Positions 1 to 10,489 of a stretch of 64,000 bases of DNA are shown here, piece after piece. A program made the translations under genes and the position numbers. The notes beneath the pieces are model-generated. The model made no database searches, was not told the origin of the DNA, and saw only the letters and a list, made by a program, of their open reading frames with translations. This DNA is from a virus: positions 2,076-66,075 of the IMG/VR virus record IMGVR_UViG_3300011271_000009; one strand, given 5' to 3'. The stretch's first letter is position 1; each line of letters opens with the position of its first letter.

Positions 1-39
1 GCTATTCCACCAGAAGCATGGCGCGATTGGTTGGAGCGT

Positions 40-978
40 ATGAGCCGCATTTTGGTGACGGGGGGCTGCGGCTTCCTGGGGTCACACTTAGCTGAGAGAT
101 TAGTACAGCAAGGCCATGCCGTTTTCACCCTGGACAGGGCCTGTGCAAACCCAACGGGCATTACCAGGATTGACTACACAGCCGACTGCCGCAACTTGGC
201 CGCGTTGGAGACTGCCGCTTATGGCTGCGACTTCATCTACCATCTGGCCGCCACAGTAGGCGTACAACGCGTCCTGGCCGATCCAGCCGAATGTATGGCC
301 AACAACATCGATAGCTTCCGTGCCGTGCTCTCCCTGGGCATCCCAGGGCTGCTGACCAGCACTTCGGAGGTCTATGGCAAGAACCAGGAAGCGCTCAGCG
401 AGGATTCCGCCCTGATCTACAGCAGTAAGAGCCGCTGGAGCTACGCAGCATCGAAGTTGGTCTGCGAGTGGATGGCCCAGCAGGCGGGCTGGAAGACAGT
501 CCGGCTGTTCAATGTGGTTGGGCCTCGGCAGAACTCCGCGTATGGAGCTGTGCTGCCCAACTTCGTAAAGCAGGCGTTGGCCGGAGAGCCGCTTACGGTC
601 CACGGCGACGGCTCCCAAGTGCGCACCTTTATCGATGTGCGGGACTGTGTAGCCATTCTGGATGCGCTGCGTGACAAGCAGTTCGATGTAGTGAACGTGG
701 GCGGCGAGACCATCCGCACCATGCGCCAGCTTGCGGTGGAGGTACAGAGCGCTCTTGGCCCAGCAGCGAGGAACATCGCCTATCGTCCCTACGCGGCAGC
801 CTACGCGGATGGATTCGAGGAGTGCCAGCGCCGCGTCCCCGATCTGGGAAAACTACGCGGCCTGCTTGGCCACATCCCCAGCCGCCCCTTAGAGCAAACA
901 ATCTTAGCGTTGGCAGACAGCCTACGCAGCAAGGAAGAAGGAGAATCACTATGTCCCAGTGGGCAGATGACAGCATGA
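40..978 (+). CDS. NAD-dependent epimerase/dehydratase (extended SDR, NDP-sugar modifying)
   Basis: TGGCGFLG Rossmann motif, YAASK catalytic YxxxK, RLFNVVGP and RTFIDVRD motifs; ATG at 40 preferred to TTG at 31. Confidence 0.9.
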   Translation: MSRILVTGGCGFLGSHLAERLVQQGHAVFTLDRACANPTGITRIDYTADCRNLAALETAAYGCDFIYHLAATVGVQRVLADPAECMANNIDSFRAVLSLGIPGLLTSTSEVYGKNQEALSEDSALIYSSKSRWSYAASKLVCEWMAQQAGWKTVRLFNVVGPRQNSAYGAVLPNFVKQALAGEPLTVHGDGSQVRTFIDVRDCVAILDALRDKQFDVVNVGGETIRTMRQLAVEVQSALGPAARNIAYRPYAAAYADGFEECQRRVPDLGKLRGLLGHIPSRPLEQTILALADSLRSKEEGESLCPSGQMTA

Positions 979-1223
979 CTCCCTCGCCACTCAAGGTGAC
1001 GAAGGACAAATTCGGCAACGAGCTGGCGCAAGACCGGCCAGCACACAATAACACCACGGCAGAGGAAGGCAGCTTCCACTTCGGGGGCAACCAGTACGAC
1101 GACTCGCCCGGCAAAGGCGGCTTCGGCTCCTACGGCGTAGCGGTAGAAGACTATGGCCAGAACCCCAAGGTGGAGCGCAGCTCGGTGGATAACAGCCGCG
1201 CAGATCGCGGCAAGGAGTCGTAA
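951..1223 (+). CDS. hypothetical low-complexity protein
   Basis: ATG 951 after AAGGAGA; stop abuts the next ATG. Confidence 0.65.
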   Translation: MSQWADDSMTPSPLKVTKDKFGNELAQDRPAHNNTTAEEGSFHFGGNQYDDSPGKGGFGSYGVAVEDYGQNPKVERSSVDNSRADRGKES

Positions 1224-1553
1224 ATGAACAAGCCCAACATCCCCACCCAGCTGGCCTCCCAGATGGGCATGGGCCGTCCGGGAGGCATGATGTCCAAGGC
1301 CAGCAGGCCTGTCATGGGCGGCAGCCCAGGTAAGGGCTTCGCCGCCTTGGAGAGCGCGCTGCTCAAAGGCCCCAAGCCCAACCCCAAGAGCGTTGCCAAG
1401 GGCAAAGCCGGACGGCAGTTCTTCACCAAGGCTGCAGGCGGCGATGAGACCGACAGCGTGATGAAGGTGCCAGGGACCGTGACTGCGAATCCCTCGGCGC
1501 TACGCATGACGCAGCAGCGCACAGGAATGCCGTATGGAAAGATCACCCGATAA
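1224..1553 (+). CDS. hypothetical basic Gly/Met/Lys-rich protein
   Basis: TAAATG junction with the upstream gene, phage-like codon usage. Confidence 0.65.
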   Translation: MNKPNIPTQLASQMGMGRPGGMMSKASRPVMGGSPGKGFAALESALLKGPKPNPKSVAKGKAGRQFFTKAAGGDETDSVMKVPGTVTANPSALRMTQQRTGMPYGKITR

Positions 1554-1752
1554 CGGCCACGCTACAACCGACGCTGCCACTGCCTTGAATGACCGGCTCT
1601 CCAGCCTCGAAGCCCAGATCGGAGAACTGCGTAAGCTGTGTGAGCAGTATCGCCGGGATTTGGCGTTCTTCCGCACCGCCAACGCCAGTGCCTATGCGGA
1701 GCGCCGTCTGGATGAGCTGACCACTGAGCTAGCCAGAATCGAGAGGACCTAA
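1534..1752 (+). CDS. hypothetical coiled-coil protein
   Basis: heptad pattern LNDRLSSLEAQIGELRKL; tiles between neighbours. Confidence 0.6.
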   Translation: MERSPDNGHATTDAATALNDRLSSLEAQIGELRKLCEQYRRDLAFFRTANASAYAERRLDELTTELARIERT

Positions 1753-1754
1753 CC

Positions 1755-2255
1755 ATGTCCCAAGTCAACACCCGAGATATCGTACTGCTGGGGCCGACAA
1801 CGGCCACCACGAACAGCACCGGCCCGGACTGCAACCTGATCCAGGGCTGGCAGGCAGCCATCGTAATTCTCAACATCAGCGCGGCGTCGGGCACCTCGCC
1901 GACACTGGACGTGAAGGTGCAGGATAAGCTACCGCAGCCAGCGGCCACGGATACTTCTGCCCTGCTGCCCACCGGCACTGCCATCTACGACGATTTGCTG
2001 GCTTATACGCAGCAGACCACAACAGGAACGAGGATCATCAGGGCTGTAACCTCGCCCTTGGCCGCAGGTACACCGAGCACAAGTGGGTCACTGGCTGTTG
2101 GTGCTGACTACGCTCAACTGGATGGCACGCTAACCGCTGGTAACTACCGGCTCGGCCCAATCGGTGGCCAGTGGCGTGTGAAGTTTGTAGTCGGTGGCAC
2201 CAGCCCATCGTTCACCTTCAGCGTGACCGCTCAGCTGATTCCGTTCTCGACCTAA
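1755..2255 (+). CDS. putative virion structural beta-rich protein (paralog of 13645..14127)
   Basis: Thr/Gly/Ala-rich; SGTSPTLDV and GGTSPSFTF motifs shared with 13645..14127. Confidence 0.65.
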   Translation: MSQVNTRDIVLLGPTTATTNSTGPDCNLIQGWQAAIVILNISAASGTSPTLDVKVQDKLPQPAATDTSALLPTGTAIYDDLLAYTQQTTTGTRIIRAVTSPLAAGTPSTSGSLAVGADYAQLDGTLTAGNYRLGPIGGQWRVKFVVGGTSPSFTFSVTAQLIPFST

Positions 2256-2536
2256 TGGCATCCTCCATCGTACTGATCCGCCGCGTAGAGGTGCTCAAGC
2301 CTAAGGTCAGCTCTGAGAGTGCTGCGTCTAAGGACACAGATGAGGCGACCAAGGTCAGTGGCTATATCGAGTCGCCCATCGCCAAGATGTGCGGCACCTG
2401 CGAATACCTCACTAGCCCTAACCGGTGCCGTAACAAGACTGTGCTATCAGACCCGAAGCTTAAAAAGACTGAGGATGGAACGCTGGCGATTGTGGATTCG
2501 GTTCTTGGTTGCTGCAATTTCTGGCTGCCTAAGTGA
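2255..2536 (+). CDS. small Cys-rich protein, HiPIP-like cysteine pattern
   Basis: CGTCEY...C...GCCNFW; ATG overlaps the upstream TAA. Confidence 0.5.
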   Translation: MASSIVLIRRVEVLKPKVSSESAASKDTDEATKVSGYIESPIAKMCGTCEYLTSPNRCRNKTVLSDPKLKKTEDGTLAIVDSVLGCCNFWLPK

Positions 2537-2537
2537 A

Positions 2538-2957
2538 ATGCCAGCAAAGGTGATTTTGGATCAGACCTACATCAGGCAGCGCGTGACGGTGACGCCATCC
2601 GGGTGCTGGGAATGGGTAGGCGCGACTCTGATGCATGGTTATGGCCATTGTGGTGTGCGCATCAATGGGAAGCTTACGATGCTTCTTCCTCATCGACTTG
2701 CTTATGAGTTCTGGAAGGGCACCATCGCGTCTGGTCTCCAGATAGATCATCTTTGCAAGAACCGCTTGTGTGCTAACCCTGAACATCTAGAAGCGGTGAC
2801 ACCCAAGGAAAATCAGCAACGTGGCCCGAGAGCCATGCAAACTGCCTGCATCCACGGCCATGCGTTCACGGCTGGTAACACATACGTTGCCAGCAATGGC
2901 ACGCGCCACTGTAAAGCCTGCAGCCGAAACCGGGCTGCGCTGCGTAAAGCAGGATGA
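2538..2957 (+). CDS. HNH homing endonuclease
   Basis: GCWEWVG, HRLAYEFWKG, IDHLCKNRLCANPEHLEAVTPKEN, C-terminal CIHGH...CKAC. Confidence 0.88.
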   Translation: MPAKVILDQTYIRQRVTVTPSGCWEWVGATLMHGYGHCGVRINGKLTMLLPHRLAYEFWKGTIASGLQIDHLCKNRLCANPEHLEAVTPKENQQRGPRAMQTACIHGHAFTAGNTYVASNGTRHCKACSRNRAALRKAG

Positions 2958-5404
2958 ACCAGAAACAGATTGAAGCCGCGATGCGCGGCAGGAATACCCT
3001 GCGTCAGGCCTGCAGGACAGACCTGTTCTTCCTATGCAAGGTGCTGGGCTATCCTGACGTCTGCTGGCGCGTCCACGGCCCGATCCTCGACGTCCTGCAG
3101 AAGTTCCCAGGCGGCGAGGACCACCAGAACAAGAAAACTGGCCTGCTGGAGTATCGTCCCTACAAGGAAATCTGGCAGCTTCAGGGCCGCCGCGAGAAGC
3201 TGATCCTCTACCCACGCGGCCATCTGAAGACCACAGTAGTCTCGCAGGCCCATGCCATCCAGTGGATCATTAACTACCCGGACATCCGCATCCTGCTCTC
3301 CTGCGCGACCGGCGACCAGGTGGAGAAGGTCATCCGTGCTATCAAGGGAGTCTTCCAGTACAGCGACGCGTTCCGTGCTGTTTTTCCTGATTTCTGCCCA
3401 CCGCGAGAGAAGGCCAGCGACTTTGGCAGCAAGGATCAGTTCATCGTCCCGGCCCGCAGGACCCCACGCGGCGAGCCTACGATGTTCGCTGTGACCGTGG
3501 GCAAGACCATCGCTGGCTACCACCCCGACGTGATCTTCCACTCCGACCTGGTGGACAAGGAGAACGTGAAGACGCCGGGCGGCATCCGCGACGTGATCGA
3601 GCACTTTCAATACATGGCACCCCTGCTGGAGCGCTATTCAGCCCGTGATGGTTATCCGGCCAGCCGGGGCTTCACTTTTGTCGAGGGCACACCCTACGAC
3701 TTCGGCGATCTGCATAACATGCTGATGAAGAACCCAGACTGGCATCCTGTAGTTAAGCCCGCTGCTAATCCCTATCCTCCGCGTACAGCTGCGGACATCC
3801 TGTGGCCGGAGCGCTTCCCGGCAGAGGAATTAGAACGCCTACGCCGCGAGATGGGCGACTGGATGTTTTGTACGCCTCACGAGACACCGATTCTAATGGC
3901 AGATGCCTCATTCAAACCCATCGGTGATGTAGCTATCGGCGATGTCGTTCTTGGGTGGGATGACAACGAAAGCAAGCCGCGACTGCGCAAGTCTAGGGTG
4001 TTAGATAAGGGCTTTATTGAAGCCGCCGATGTGCAGGAAATTACGATGGCGTCTGGCAGAAAGTTGACTGCGACCCCCGAGCACCTATGGCTGTCGGGTT
4101 GGCAGAGGAGAAAGGGCCACCATAGGCGGTATGCACAAGTCGGTGGTAAGTACCGCTCGGTTAATATGCTGTCTTTTGTTGACCACCCTGGCAATGAGGA
4201 GATGACTGCTGACCAGCAAAAAATGGCCCATAGGCTCTCAGGTCTTTTTGATGGCGAGGGATCGTTGACAGCTAAGGTAACGCTGAATTTCACCCAAGGC
4301 AACGTGAAGAACGCCGTTGTATGTGCCCGTATCGCGGATCACCTAACCGCTCTGGGGTTTTCTTATCAGCCATTCCATCGCAAATGTGCGAAGGCGCATT
4401 GGCAGCCGACAACTCTCTTTCAACTTCATGGAGGTTATCGGACTGTATTTCGCTTTATGCGGATGTGCGATCCAGCGAGACGCCAAGAGATCGTTGATCG
4501 GCTGCTGCCACACACAAGTCGGTTCACGCAACGCGACAAGGTTGTAAGTGTTAAGCCTGCAGGTAAGCGAAAGGTTTACTGGCTGACCACAGAAACTGGC
4601 AACTATGTTGCGTGGGGGTATGCCAGCAAGAACAGTGCCCAGTACCTGATGAAGTGCGTAGCCCAAGGCGATGGGCTCTGCGACCCCAAAGAGATCAAGT
4701 TCCTGTCGCACTCCATTGTGCGCGAGCTGCTGCCGCGTCTACGCCTACAGTGCATCATCGACCTTGCTGGAATGGAGAAGACCAGGGACGGAGATGACAC
4801 TGTGCTCACCGTCGCAGGCTTCGACCGCGATGGCCGGGCCATTGTGCCCGAAATCCACTGCGGCCAGTTCGCCCCCGAAGAGGTGATCGGGCTGATGTTC
4901 GATATCAAGCGGCGCTACCCCAGCCTGATCTGCTTCAAGATTGAGAAGGACTCCCATGCGCGTGTGCTGCTTCCATTCCTACAGCGGGAAATGTCGAAGC
5001 GGAATATCTACCTCAGCATCATCGAAATTAAGCGGGACACGCACACCTCGAAGCAGCAGCGCATTCGCGGCCTGCGCCCCTGGCTGAAGAACTCGCTTAT
5101 CACCTTCAGCGATGCCATTCCACTGACCACCAAGCAGAAGCTGCTGGACCAGGTCGCACAATTTCCTTCGCAATCGTCTGGAGTTCACGATGACATTCTC
5201 GATACGCTGGCCGACGCCATGCAGGACGGCGAGGGCGGTGTGACCGTGGACGTGGTCGCCGATCCGCCCGATATGAAGTTCGGGCAGTTTGGCGTTCAGC
5301 GCCCCCCAGACCGCTTCCTGGGCTTCGGCGAGGCAGGCGTCTCACGTTGGCTCTACGGCGAGGATGGCAAGCAGGACGTGCGCTCTATGACAGGACTCCT
5401 ATGA
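2954..5404 (+). CDS. terL: terminase large subunit with intein
   Basis: Walker A-like PRGHLKTT, Walker B-like [14 protein letters not shown] coupling motif, nuclease IIDLAG and [10 protein letters not shown]; directly upstream of portal. Confidence 0.92.
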   Translation: MNQKQIEAAMRGRNTLRQACRTDLFFLCKVLGYPDVCWRVHGPILDVLQKFPGGEDHQNKKTGLLEYRPYKEIWQLQGRREKLILYPRGHLKTTVVSQAHAIQWIINYPDIRILLSCATGDQVEKVIRAIKGVFQYSDAFRAVFPDFCPPREKASDFGSKDQFIVPARRTPRGEPTMFAVTVGKTIAGYHPDVIFHSDLVDKENVKTPGGIRDVIEHFQYMAPLLERYSARDGYPASRGFTFVEGTPYDFGDLHNMLMKNPDWHPVVKPAANPYPPRTAADILWPERFPAEELERLRREMGDWMFCTPHETPILMADASFKPIGDVAIGDVVLGWDDNESKPRLRKSRVLDKGFIEAADVQEITMASGRKLTATPEHLWLSGWQRRKGHHRRYAQVGGKYRSVNMLSFVDHPGNEEMTADQQKMAHRLSGLFDGEGSLTAKVTLNFTQGNVKNAVVCARIADHLTALGFSYQPFHRKCAKAHWQPTTLFQLHGGYRTVFRFMRMCDPARRQEIVDRLLPHTSRFTQRDKVVSVKPAGKRKVYWLTTETGNYVAWGYASKNSAQYLMKCVAQGDGLCDPKEIKFLSHSIVRELLPRLRLQCIIDLAGMEKTRDGDDTVLTVAGFDRDGRAIVPEIHCGQFAPEEVIGLMFDIKRRYPSLICFKIEKDSHARVLLPFLQREMSKRNIYLSIIEIKRDTHTSKQQRIRGLRPWLKNSLITFSDAIPLTTKQKLLDQVAQFPSQSSGVHDDILDTLADAMQDGEGGVTVDVVADPPDMKFGQFGVQRPPDRFLGFGEAGVSRWLYGEDGKQDVRSMTGLL
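3869..4633 (+). mobile_element. intein (255 aa) with LAGLIDADG domain in terL
   Basis: N-terminal [23 protein letters not shown]-terminal [20 protein letters not shown] followed by Ser +1. Confidence 0.9.
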
Positions 5405-5910
5405 AAATCACCAATCTGACTGGCCAAGTATTTGGAAGGCTGACTGTCATGGGCCTTCATGGGCGGACTCGTGCGCACAAAGCGATCTGGCTATGTCTCT
5501 GCTCTTGCGGAACTGCGAAACCGGTACTCGCTACTAACCTCGTGCGGAGCCTGACGAAGAGTTGTGGATGTTGGTCCAAGGAGGCTACAACGCTTCGCAA
5601 CACGAAACATGGCCATCACGGCAAAGACAACGGCAGCAGAAGCTCTGAATACCGAAGTTGGGATGGGATGCTTCAGCGCTGTATGAACCAGAACAATGCT
5701 GATTACAAAAATTATGGGGGACGTGGCATATCAGTCTGCGAACCTTGGCGAGACTTCTCCGGCTTCCTCTTCGATATGGGCTACAAGCCTTCATGTGCAC
5801 TCACCATTGAACGGATCGACAACAACGGGAACTACGAGCCAGGAAACTGCCGCTGGGCAACTCAATTAGAACAAGCAAGAAATAGACGATCTAGTAGGCG
5901 TTCCGCGTGA
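5401..5910 (+). CDS. HNH-type homing endonuclease
   Basis: [51 protein letters not shown]. Confidence 0.88.
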   Translation: MKITNLTGQVFGRLTVMGLHGRTRAHKAIWLCLCSCGTAKPVLATNLVRSLTKSCGCWSKEATTLRNTKHGHHGKDNGSRSSEYRSWDGMLQRCMNQNNADYKNYGGRGISVCEPWRDFSGFLFDMGYKPSCALTIERIDNNGNYEPGNCRWATQLEQARNRRSSRRSA

Positions 5911-8030
5911 GCATCCCCGATAGCGTTGTTCCTATAGCCGAGCCGCTTTCTCAGGCGGATCAGCGGCAAATCAAGCTAGCATCCGACCCTTGGTCAGATG
6001 ACTATGCCCTGGACATCGTCAAGAGCGACTGGGCCTACGCGGAGAGCTACCGCACCAACGCCCACGACTGGCGCTATCGCAACGCGGATGAACTCTACCT
6101 AGCTTGGGTAGGTCAACGCTACTGGGATGGCACTCGCGTGCCGCGCTCCAGCATCGGCGTGCCGGTAGTCTACTCGCAGATCGAGGCTCTGCTTCCCAAA
6201 ACAGTCCCCGCGGTCACCAACCCGGACGGCTACTTCTTCTACTCCGAGACCGACCTGGGCGATGACGAAGAGCTGATCGTGATGGCCTGGAAGGAGATGG
6301 TCGTCAAGCAGCTGGAGGAGACCCGCTTCCGGGTGCAGGTGGCCCGCGCCCTGAAGTGCATGAAGCAGCACGGCAATGGCGTGCTGGAAGCTGGCGTCGA
6401 GGACTACGAGGAAGAGTTCATCCAGTTCAAGCGTAGTACGCGGCCCACGGGTATGCGCATGATGAACCACCCCTTGGCCGGGCCGGTGCCCGTTCCCACA
6501 GGGACCTCTGAGGACTACAGCCGCAGCATCAAGCGTGAGAAGAAGCAGCGCCCCTACGTGCGCTACGTCTCGCTGAAGGACTTCTACGTGGACCCCAGCT
6601 GCGAATCCACCGTGCTGCAGGAAGGCGCTGGCTACGTGATGAAGCGGGTCTACATGACCGCTGGCCAGATCAAGGCGCTGAGGAGCAGCAAGGACTTCAA
6701 GATTCCCGATGACGAATATCTGACCAACCTGAGCAAGGCCAAGGCGACCGCCAACCAGGATGTGACCAAGCTATCTTCTGAGCTGTTCCGCTACAACATG
6801 TGGAACCCGGCGCAGGACTACAGTGTAGACCCGGCACAGAAGCGCATCGCGGTCATCGAGTACACCACCAACGCCCGCAAGATTTGGTGGCTGCAAGGCG
6901 GCCTCGACACGCAGTCGGTCATCTACAACAAGTCGAACCGCTATGGCGAGATCAATTACTACTCTGTGCCCTACGCTGATGTGCTCGACCGCTGGCACGC
7001 TATGTCGCTCTGCGATGTGGCCGAGGGCGAGCAGCGCCTGCAGCAGGCCATCATCAACTCCCGCATTGACGAGCTGGCCCTGGGCCTACACCGGCCCCTG
7101 ATGAAGCGGCGTGGAGTAACAATCCCTGCTTATCAGCTCAAGGTGCGCCCCGGCGTAGTGATCGAGACCGAGCAGCCCGAGGATGTGAAGCAGATGGAGG
7201 TACTGAACATCACGCAGAATGCCTTCGTGGAAGTCCAGGCTTCGGAGCTGCGCGTGCAGAAGATGGTGGGGCTCTCTGACCTGGCGGGGCAGGGCGTACC
7301 TACGGCAGGCGGCAACTCAGCCAATCGCACAGCCACGGGTGTGAATACTCAAGCAGGTGCCCAGGAAAGCCGCATCAACTACCTGATCGAAACCATCGAG
7401 GACATGCTGATTGAGCCCGTGGTCACCGCCGTGATCCGCTACAACAAGAAGTTCATGGACCCCAAGCAGGCGGCCAATTGGCTGAAGCTGGACAAGCGCT
7501 TCCAGAAGCTCAACCCGGAGAACGTGATGAACGCCCGGATCGCCTGTGAGTGCAGGGCTTCGGTGAAGATGAGGGCGCGGATGAACTTCCTGCAGATATT
7601 CCCGCAGCTGTCGCAGACCTACCTTAACCCAGAGGTGCTGCAGCTGCTGGGCAAGGTGGGCAAGAAGTTCAACATCGAAGAGTGGTTGCACATGTCCATG
7701 GACGCACTGAACTATGCGCCGCGTAAAGCCCTGATCCAGGACATGACCAAGGAAGAGCAGGCAGCGATGAACCAGCCGCCTGCCGAGGCCAAGCTCAAGA
7801 TGCAGGCAGCCCAGCAGCAGCAGCAAAGCCAGGAGGGAATCAATGATAAGCGGCTCATTGCAAAGCTGCTGGAAACAGTTATCAAAATGGGGTTCCAGAA
7901 TCATGCCAAGTTTGCCGAACTGGATGACAAGCACCAGCTGGGGATCGCGGACCTCCTACTCGGAGCAACAGGAGCAGGAGATCAGGGCGATTCAGCAGGA
8001 GCAACAGACGATAGTGGAGAGGGCCAATAA
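5907..8030 (+). CDS. portal protein (P22-like)
   Basis: 707 aa after terL; DFYVDP, TATGV and LIEP motifs typical of P22-type portals. Confidence 0.85.
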   Translation: MSIPDSVVPIAEPLSQADQRQIKLASDPWSDDYALDIVKSDWAYAESYRTNAHDWRYRNADELYLAWVGQRYWDGTRVPRSSIGVPVVYSQIEALLPKTVPAVTNPDGYFFYSETDLGDDEELIVMAWKEMVVKQLEETRFRVQVARALKCMKQHGNGVLEAGVEDYEEEFIQFKRSTRPTGMRMMNHPLAGPVPVPTGTSEDYSRSIKREKKQRPYVRYVSLKDFYVDPSCESTVLQEGAGYVMKRVYMTAGQIKALRSSKDFKIPDDEYLTNLSKAKATANQDVTKLSSELFRYNMWNPAQDYSVDPAQKRIAVIEYTTNARKIWWLQGGLDTQSVIYNKSNRYGEINYYSVPYADVLDRWHAMSLCDVAEGEQRLQQAIINSRIDELALGLHRPLMKRRGVTIPAYQLKVRPGVVIETEQPEDVKQMEVLNITQNAFVEVQASELRVQKMVGLSDLAGQGVPTAGGNSANRTATGVNTQAGAQESRINYLIETIEDMLIEPVVTAVIRYNKKFMDPKQAANWLKLDKRFQKLNPENVMNARIACECRASVKMRARMNFLQIFPQLSQTYLNPEVLQLLGKVGKKFNIEEWLHMSMDALNYAPRKALIQDMTKEEQAAMNQPPAEAKLKMQAAQQQQQSQEGINDKRLIAKLLETVIKMGFQNHAKFAELDDKHQLGIADLLLGATGAGDQGDSAGATDDSGEGQ

Positions 8031-8301
8031 GTTCGACCAGCTCTCGCTGGCCGGTTACGACGAGATCATGCGGGTGATGGCCGCCCGCGTGAACGACGAG
8101 ATCATAGCTGCCCGCACCAAGCCCGACCTTACGCAGGAACAGCAGGTCCACGTAGTGCGCTGGAATGCCATGCAGGACGTGCTGGACGCTGGTATCAACT
8201 TTGTGAATGACACCATGAAACGCCGCGACGAGATTCGACGGGCCGAGCAAGAGGCACTGCTCGATGCCGCCCGTCAGATGCGAGGAGAGGACTATGCCTG
8301 A
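7843..8301 (+). CDS. hypothetical helical protein between portal and scaffold (start uncertain, GTG 8014 possible)
   Basis: open frame with phage codon usage; overlaps the portal end. Confidence 0.55.
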   Translation: MISGSLQSCWKQLSKWGSRIMPSLPNWMTSTSWGSRTSYSEQQEQEIRAIQQEQQTIVERANKFDQLSLAGYDEIMRVMAARVNDEIIAARTKPDLTQEQQVHVVRWNAMQDVLDAGINFVNDTMKRRDEIRRAEQEALLDAARQMRGEDYA

Positions 8302-9061
8302 AACGACAACTGCGCCCACGGGCGCGACAACCACAACGCCTACACCCTACGAGCTGACCTTGGCCGATGGCACCGTCATCAAGGCGGCCAACCAAGACGA
8401 GGCCATCAAGGTGATGGCCAAGATGAAGGTGGACACTGCCAATGCGCTGCGGGAAGCCAAGGAGAATGCCGAACAGTTGCGGCAGCAGAATGCTAACCTG
8501 ACAGCCCAGATCAACGCTGCACCCAAGCCACAGCCTGCCAAGCCGCAGGAAAAGAATGGATTCGACAACGACCGCTACTGGACGTTGCTCAACAGCGACC
8601 CGATGGAAGCCCAGAACTACCTGGACGCCCACCGCTTTGGCATCGAGGACCCCAAGCAGGTGCCGCAGCAGTTCGCGCAGATGCGTCAGGAAGTTTCCGA
8701 GATGCGGCAGCAGGCCATTGCGGCCCAGTTCTATCAGCACCGCGCTGAGGAATTTCCGGCTGAGCCACAGGCTGTGCGGTCGGTCTCGCAGCGCTTCCAG
8801 GAGCTGGTGAACCAGGGCTTCCCGGCTAACGCGCTTACGCTGGACTTCGGCTATACGCAGCTGGTCAATGAGGGGGCGATCAAGCCGCTGGAGAAGAAGC
8901 CTGCTGCTACGGGCACCACGGCTGAGCCTGAGCAGCAGCCCAATCCAGCACTCACTGGCGCGGGCGGGACTCCTCCAGCAGATTCTGAGCTGGATAAGTT
9001 CTCGAAGATGAACAGCACAGAAATGGAAGCTTGGCTGCGCGACAAGGGGATGTTCAAATAG
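8294..9061 (+). CDS. putative capsid scaffolding protein
   Basis: ATG after GGAGAGG; coiled coil with Pro-rich linkers; lies between portal and MCP. Confidence 0.65.
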   Translation: MPETTTAPTGATTTTPTPYELTLADGTVIKAANQDEAIKVMAKMKVDTANALREAKENAEQLRQQNANLTAQINAAPKPQPAKPQEKNGFDNDRYWTLLNSDPMEAQNYLDAHRFGIEDPKQVPQQFAQMRQEVSEMRQQAIAAQFYQHRAEEFPAEPQAVRSVSQRFQELVNQGFPANALTLDFGYTQLVNEGAIKPLEKKPAATGTTAEPEQQPNPALTGAGGTPPADSELDKFSKMNSTEMEAWLRDKGMFK

Positions 9062-9063
9062 CT

Positions 9064-9112
9064 TTCCTGAATCCCTTGCCCACTCTGAGGGGAGAGCTAG
9101 GGGGTTCAGGAA
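9064..9112 (+). repeat. intergenic stem-loop after scaffold
   Basis: TTCCTGAATCCC / GGGGTTCAGGAA inverted repeat with a G-U pair. Confidence 0.5.
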
Positions 9113-9170
9113 CCGCCGAGGGGCTGCGCCGGGCTGGCACGGCCCCTCATAAAGAAAGCTGGAGGAGCTT

Positions 9171-9356
9171 ATGGTTAGCTATAGGCAACGCTGGGATGAA
9201 GTCGCCAAGGCCTACGTCATCCACCTTTACGAGTATGGGCTCTTTACGCAGGCCACCAAGCTAGAGGATGTCCCAAGGGCCGCAGAGTCGTGTGTGAGCC
9301 TCTATCTACAGTCCTGTGCTCGTAAGGGTATCGAGCCACGCAAAGGCAGCTCCTAG
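9171..9356 (+). CDS. HicB-like antitoxin N-terminal domain protein
   Basis: YVIHLYEYGLFTQATKLEDVPRAAESCVSLYL...KGIEP matches the HicB N-domain pattern; GGAG RBS. Confidence 0.55.
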   Translation: MVSYRQRWDEVAKAYVIHLYEYGLFTQATKLEDVPRAAESCVSLYLQSCARKGIEPRKGSS

Positions 9357-9371
9357 AGCCACAGGACGCGA

Positions 9372-9842
9372 ATGAGAGTATTCCTAGCTTACGATGGCAA
9401 CCTCGCCGCTGTGCCCTTCCTGGAGAAGGCACTGGACGCTTGGGCGGAGGTGCGCTTTGCTGAGCCCTCGGTCATGGAGCTGGAGTCCGGCGAGAAGTTC
9501 GAGATTCAGCGTCGGGTCGTGGCAGACGGCTTAGCCAAAGATGATTTCTACATCCTCGCTGATATCGACGCTGTGCCGGAAGAGCCCTATGTGATCTCCG
9601 CCATCCACAAGATGCTGCCTACGCGGCCCGATATGGGAATGGCCTTGATTCGTCCTGTCTTCAGCGTGGGTGGGCGCGTCCGCGTGATTCGCAAGGGCCT
9701 GGTCGAGAAGTGGCCTGCGCAGCGCACAATGACCTATGACCAGGAACACGGCGAGGCCATCATCAAGGCAGGCAAGCAAGTGGAGATGTGGGATGACATC
9801 CACTACCGGCTGCTGCCCTCGCCCATTGCGCTGGTGAACTGA
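9372..9842 (+). CDS. putative glycosyltransferase (GT-A-like, DxD)
   Basis: YILADIDAVP; YDQEHG acceptor-like motif. Confidence 0.45.
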   Translation: MRVFLAYDGNLAAVPFLEKALDAWAEVRFAEPSVMELESGEKFEIQRRVVADGLAKDDFYILADIDAVPEEPYVISAIHKMLPTRPDMGMALIRPVFSVGGRVRVIRKGLVEKWPAQRTMTYDQEHGEAIIKAGKQVEMWDDIHYRLLPSPIALVN

Positions 9843-10489
9843 TGCCGCGCTTCCTGGTGGACATCGAGCCGGGGCTGCTGCTGATCCTGATCCGGCATGG
9901 GGCAACCCAGCTGAATGACCCAGCTGCACCTCGGGTACGCGGCTGGGACGATACTGAGCTATCCGACTCCGGTAAGTTGGAAGTGCAGATGGCAGCAGAG
10001 AAGCTCAAGCAGTATGACCTGAAGCAGCTGTATCACTCCGATTTTATGCGGGACTCACAGACAGCCCAGATCATCGGCAACAAGCTCAACATCAATGCTG
10101 ACACGGAGTGGGATGCCCGTACATGGGACACTGGGCTGTTCTCCGGGCAGCTTGAGAGTGTTGCCAATCCGGCGATCTTCGAGATCTACAAGCGGCCCTG
10201 GCAGTCAGCCCCTGGCGGGTCTGAGTCTATGAACGAGTTCCTGGCACGCTGGCAGCGGCTGCTGGACTCCAAGATCGATCTAGCCAGCCGGGTGCCAGTC
10301 CTGCGTCCTCTGGGGATCGTGAGCCACGGGCGTCCCATTGCCGCCACAGATTCTTACGTCAACGACAAGCCACTGCTGGAGGGCTACATGCCCTATCCAG
10401 CCGGCTTCGCACTGCTCTCGGTTGGGCTGGACCGGAAGCTGAACTTTGAGATCGTGCCACCCCAGGAGCCTATTACACAGGATGTCTGA
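9842..10489 (+). CDS. histidine phosphatase (phosphoglycerate mutase family)
   Basis: LIRHGAT, HSDFMRDSQTA, PGGSES, IVSHG. Confidence 0.85.
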   Translation: MPRFLVDIEPGLLLILIRHGATQLNDPAAPRVRGWDDTELSDSGKLEVQMAAEKLKQYDLKQLYHSDFMRDSQTAQIIGNKLNINADTEWDARTWDTGLFSGQLESVANPAIFEIYKRPWQSAPGGSESMNEFLARWQRLLDSKIDLASRVPVLRPLGIVSHGRPIAATDSYVNDKPLLEGYMPYPAGFALLSVGLDRKLNFEIVPPQEPITQDV

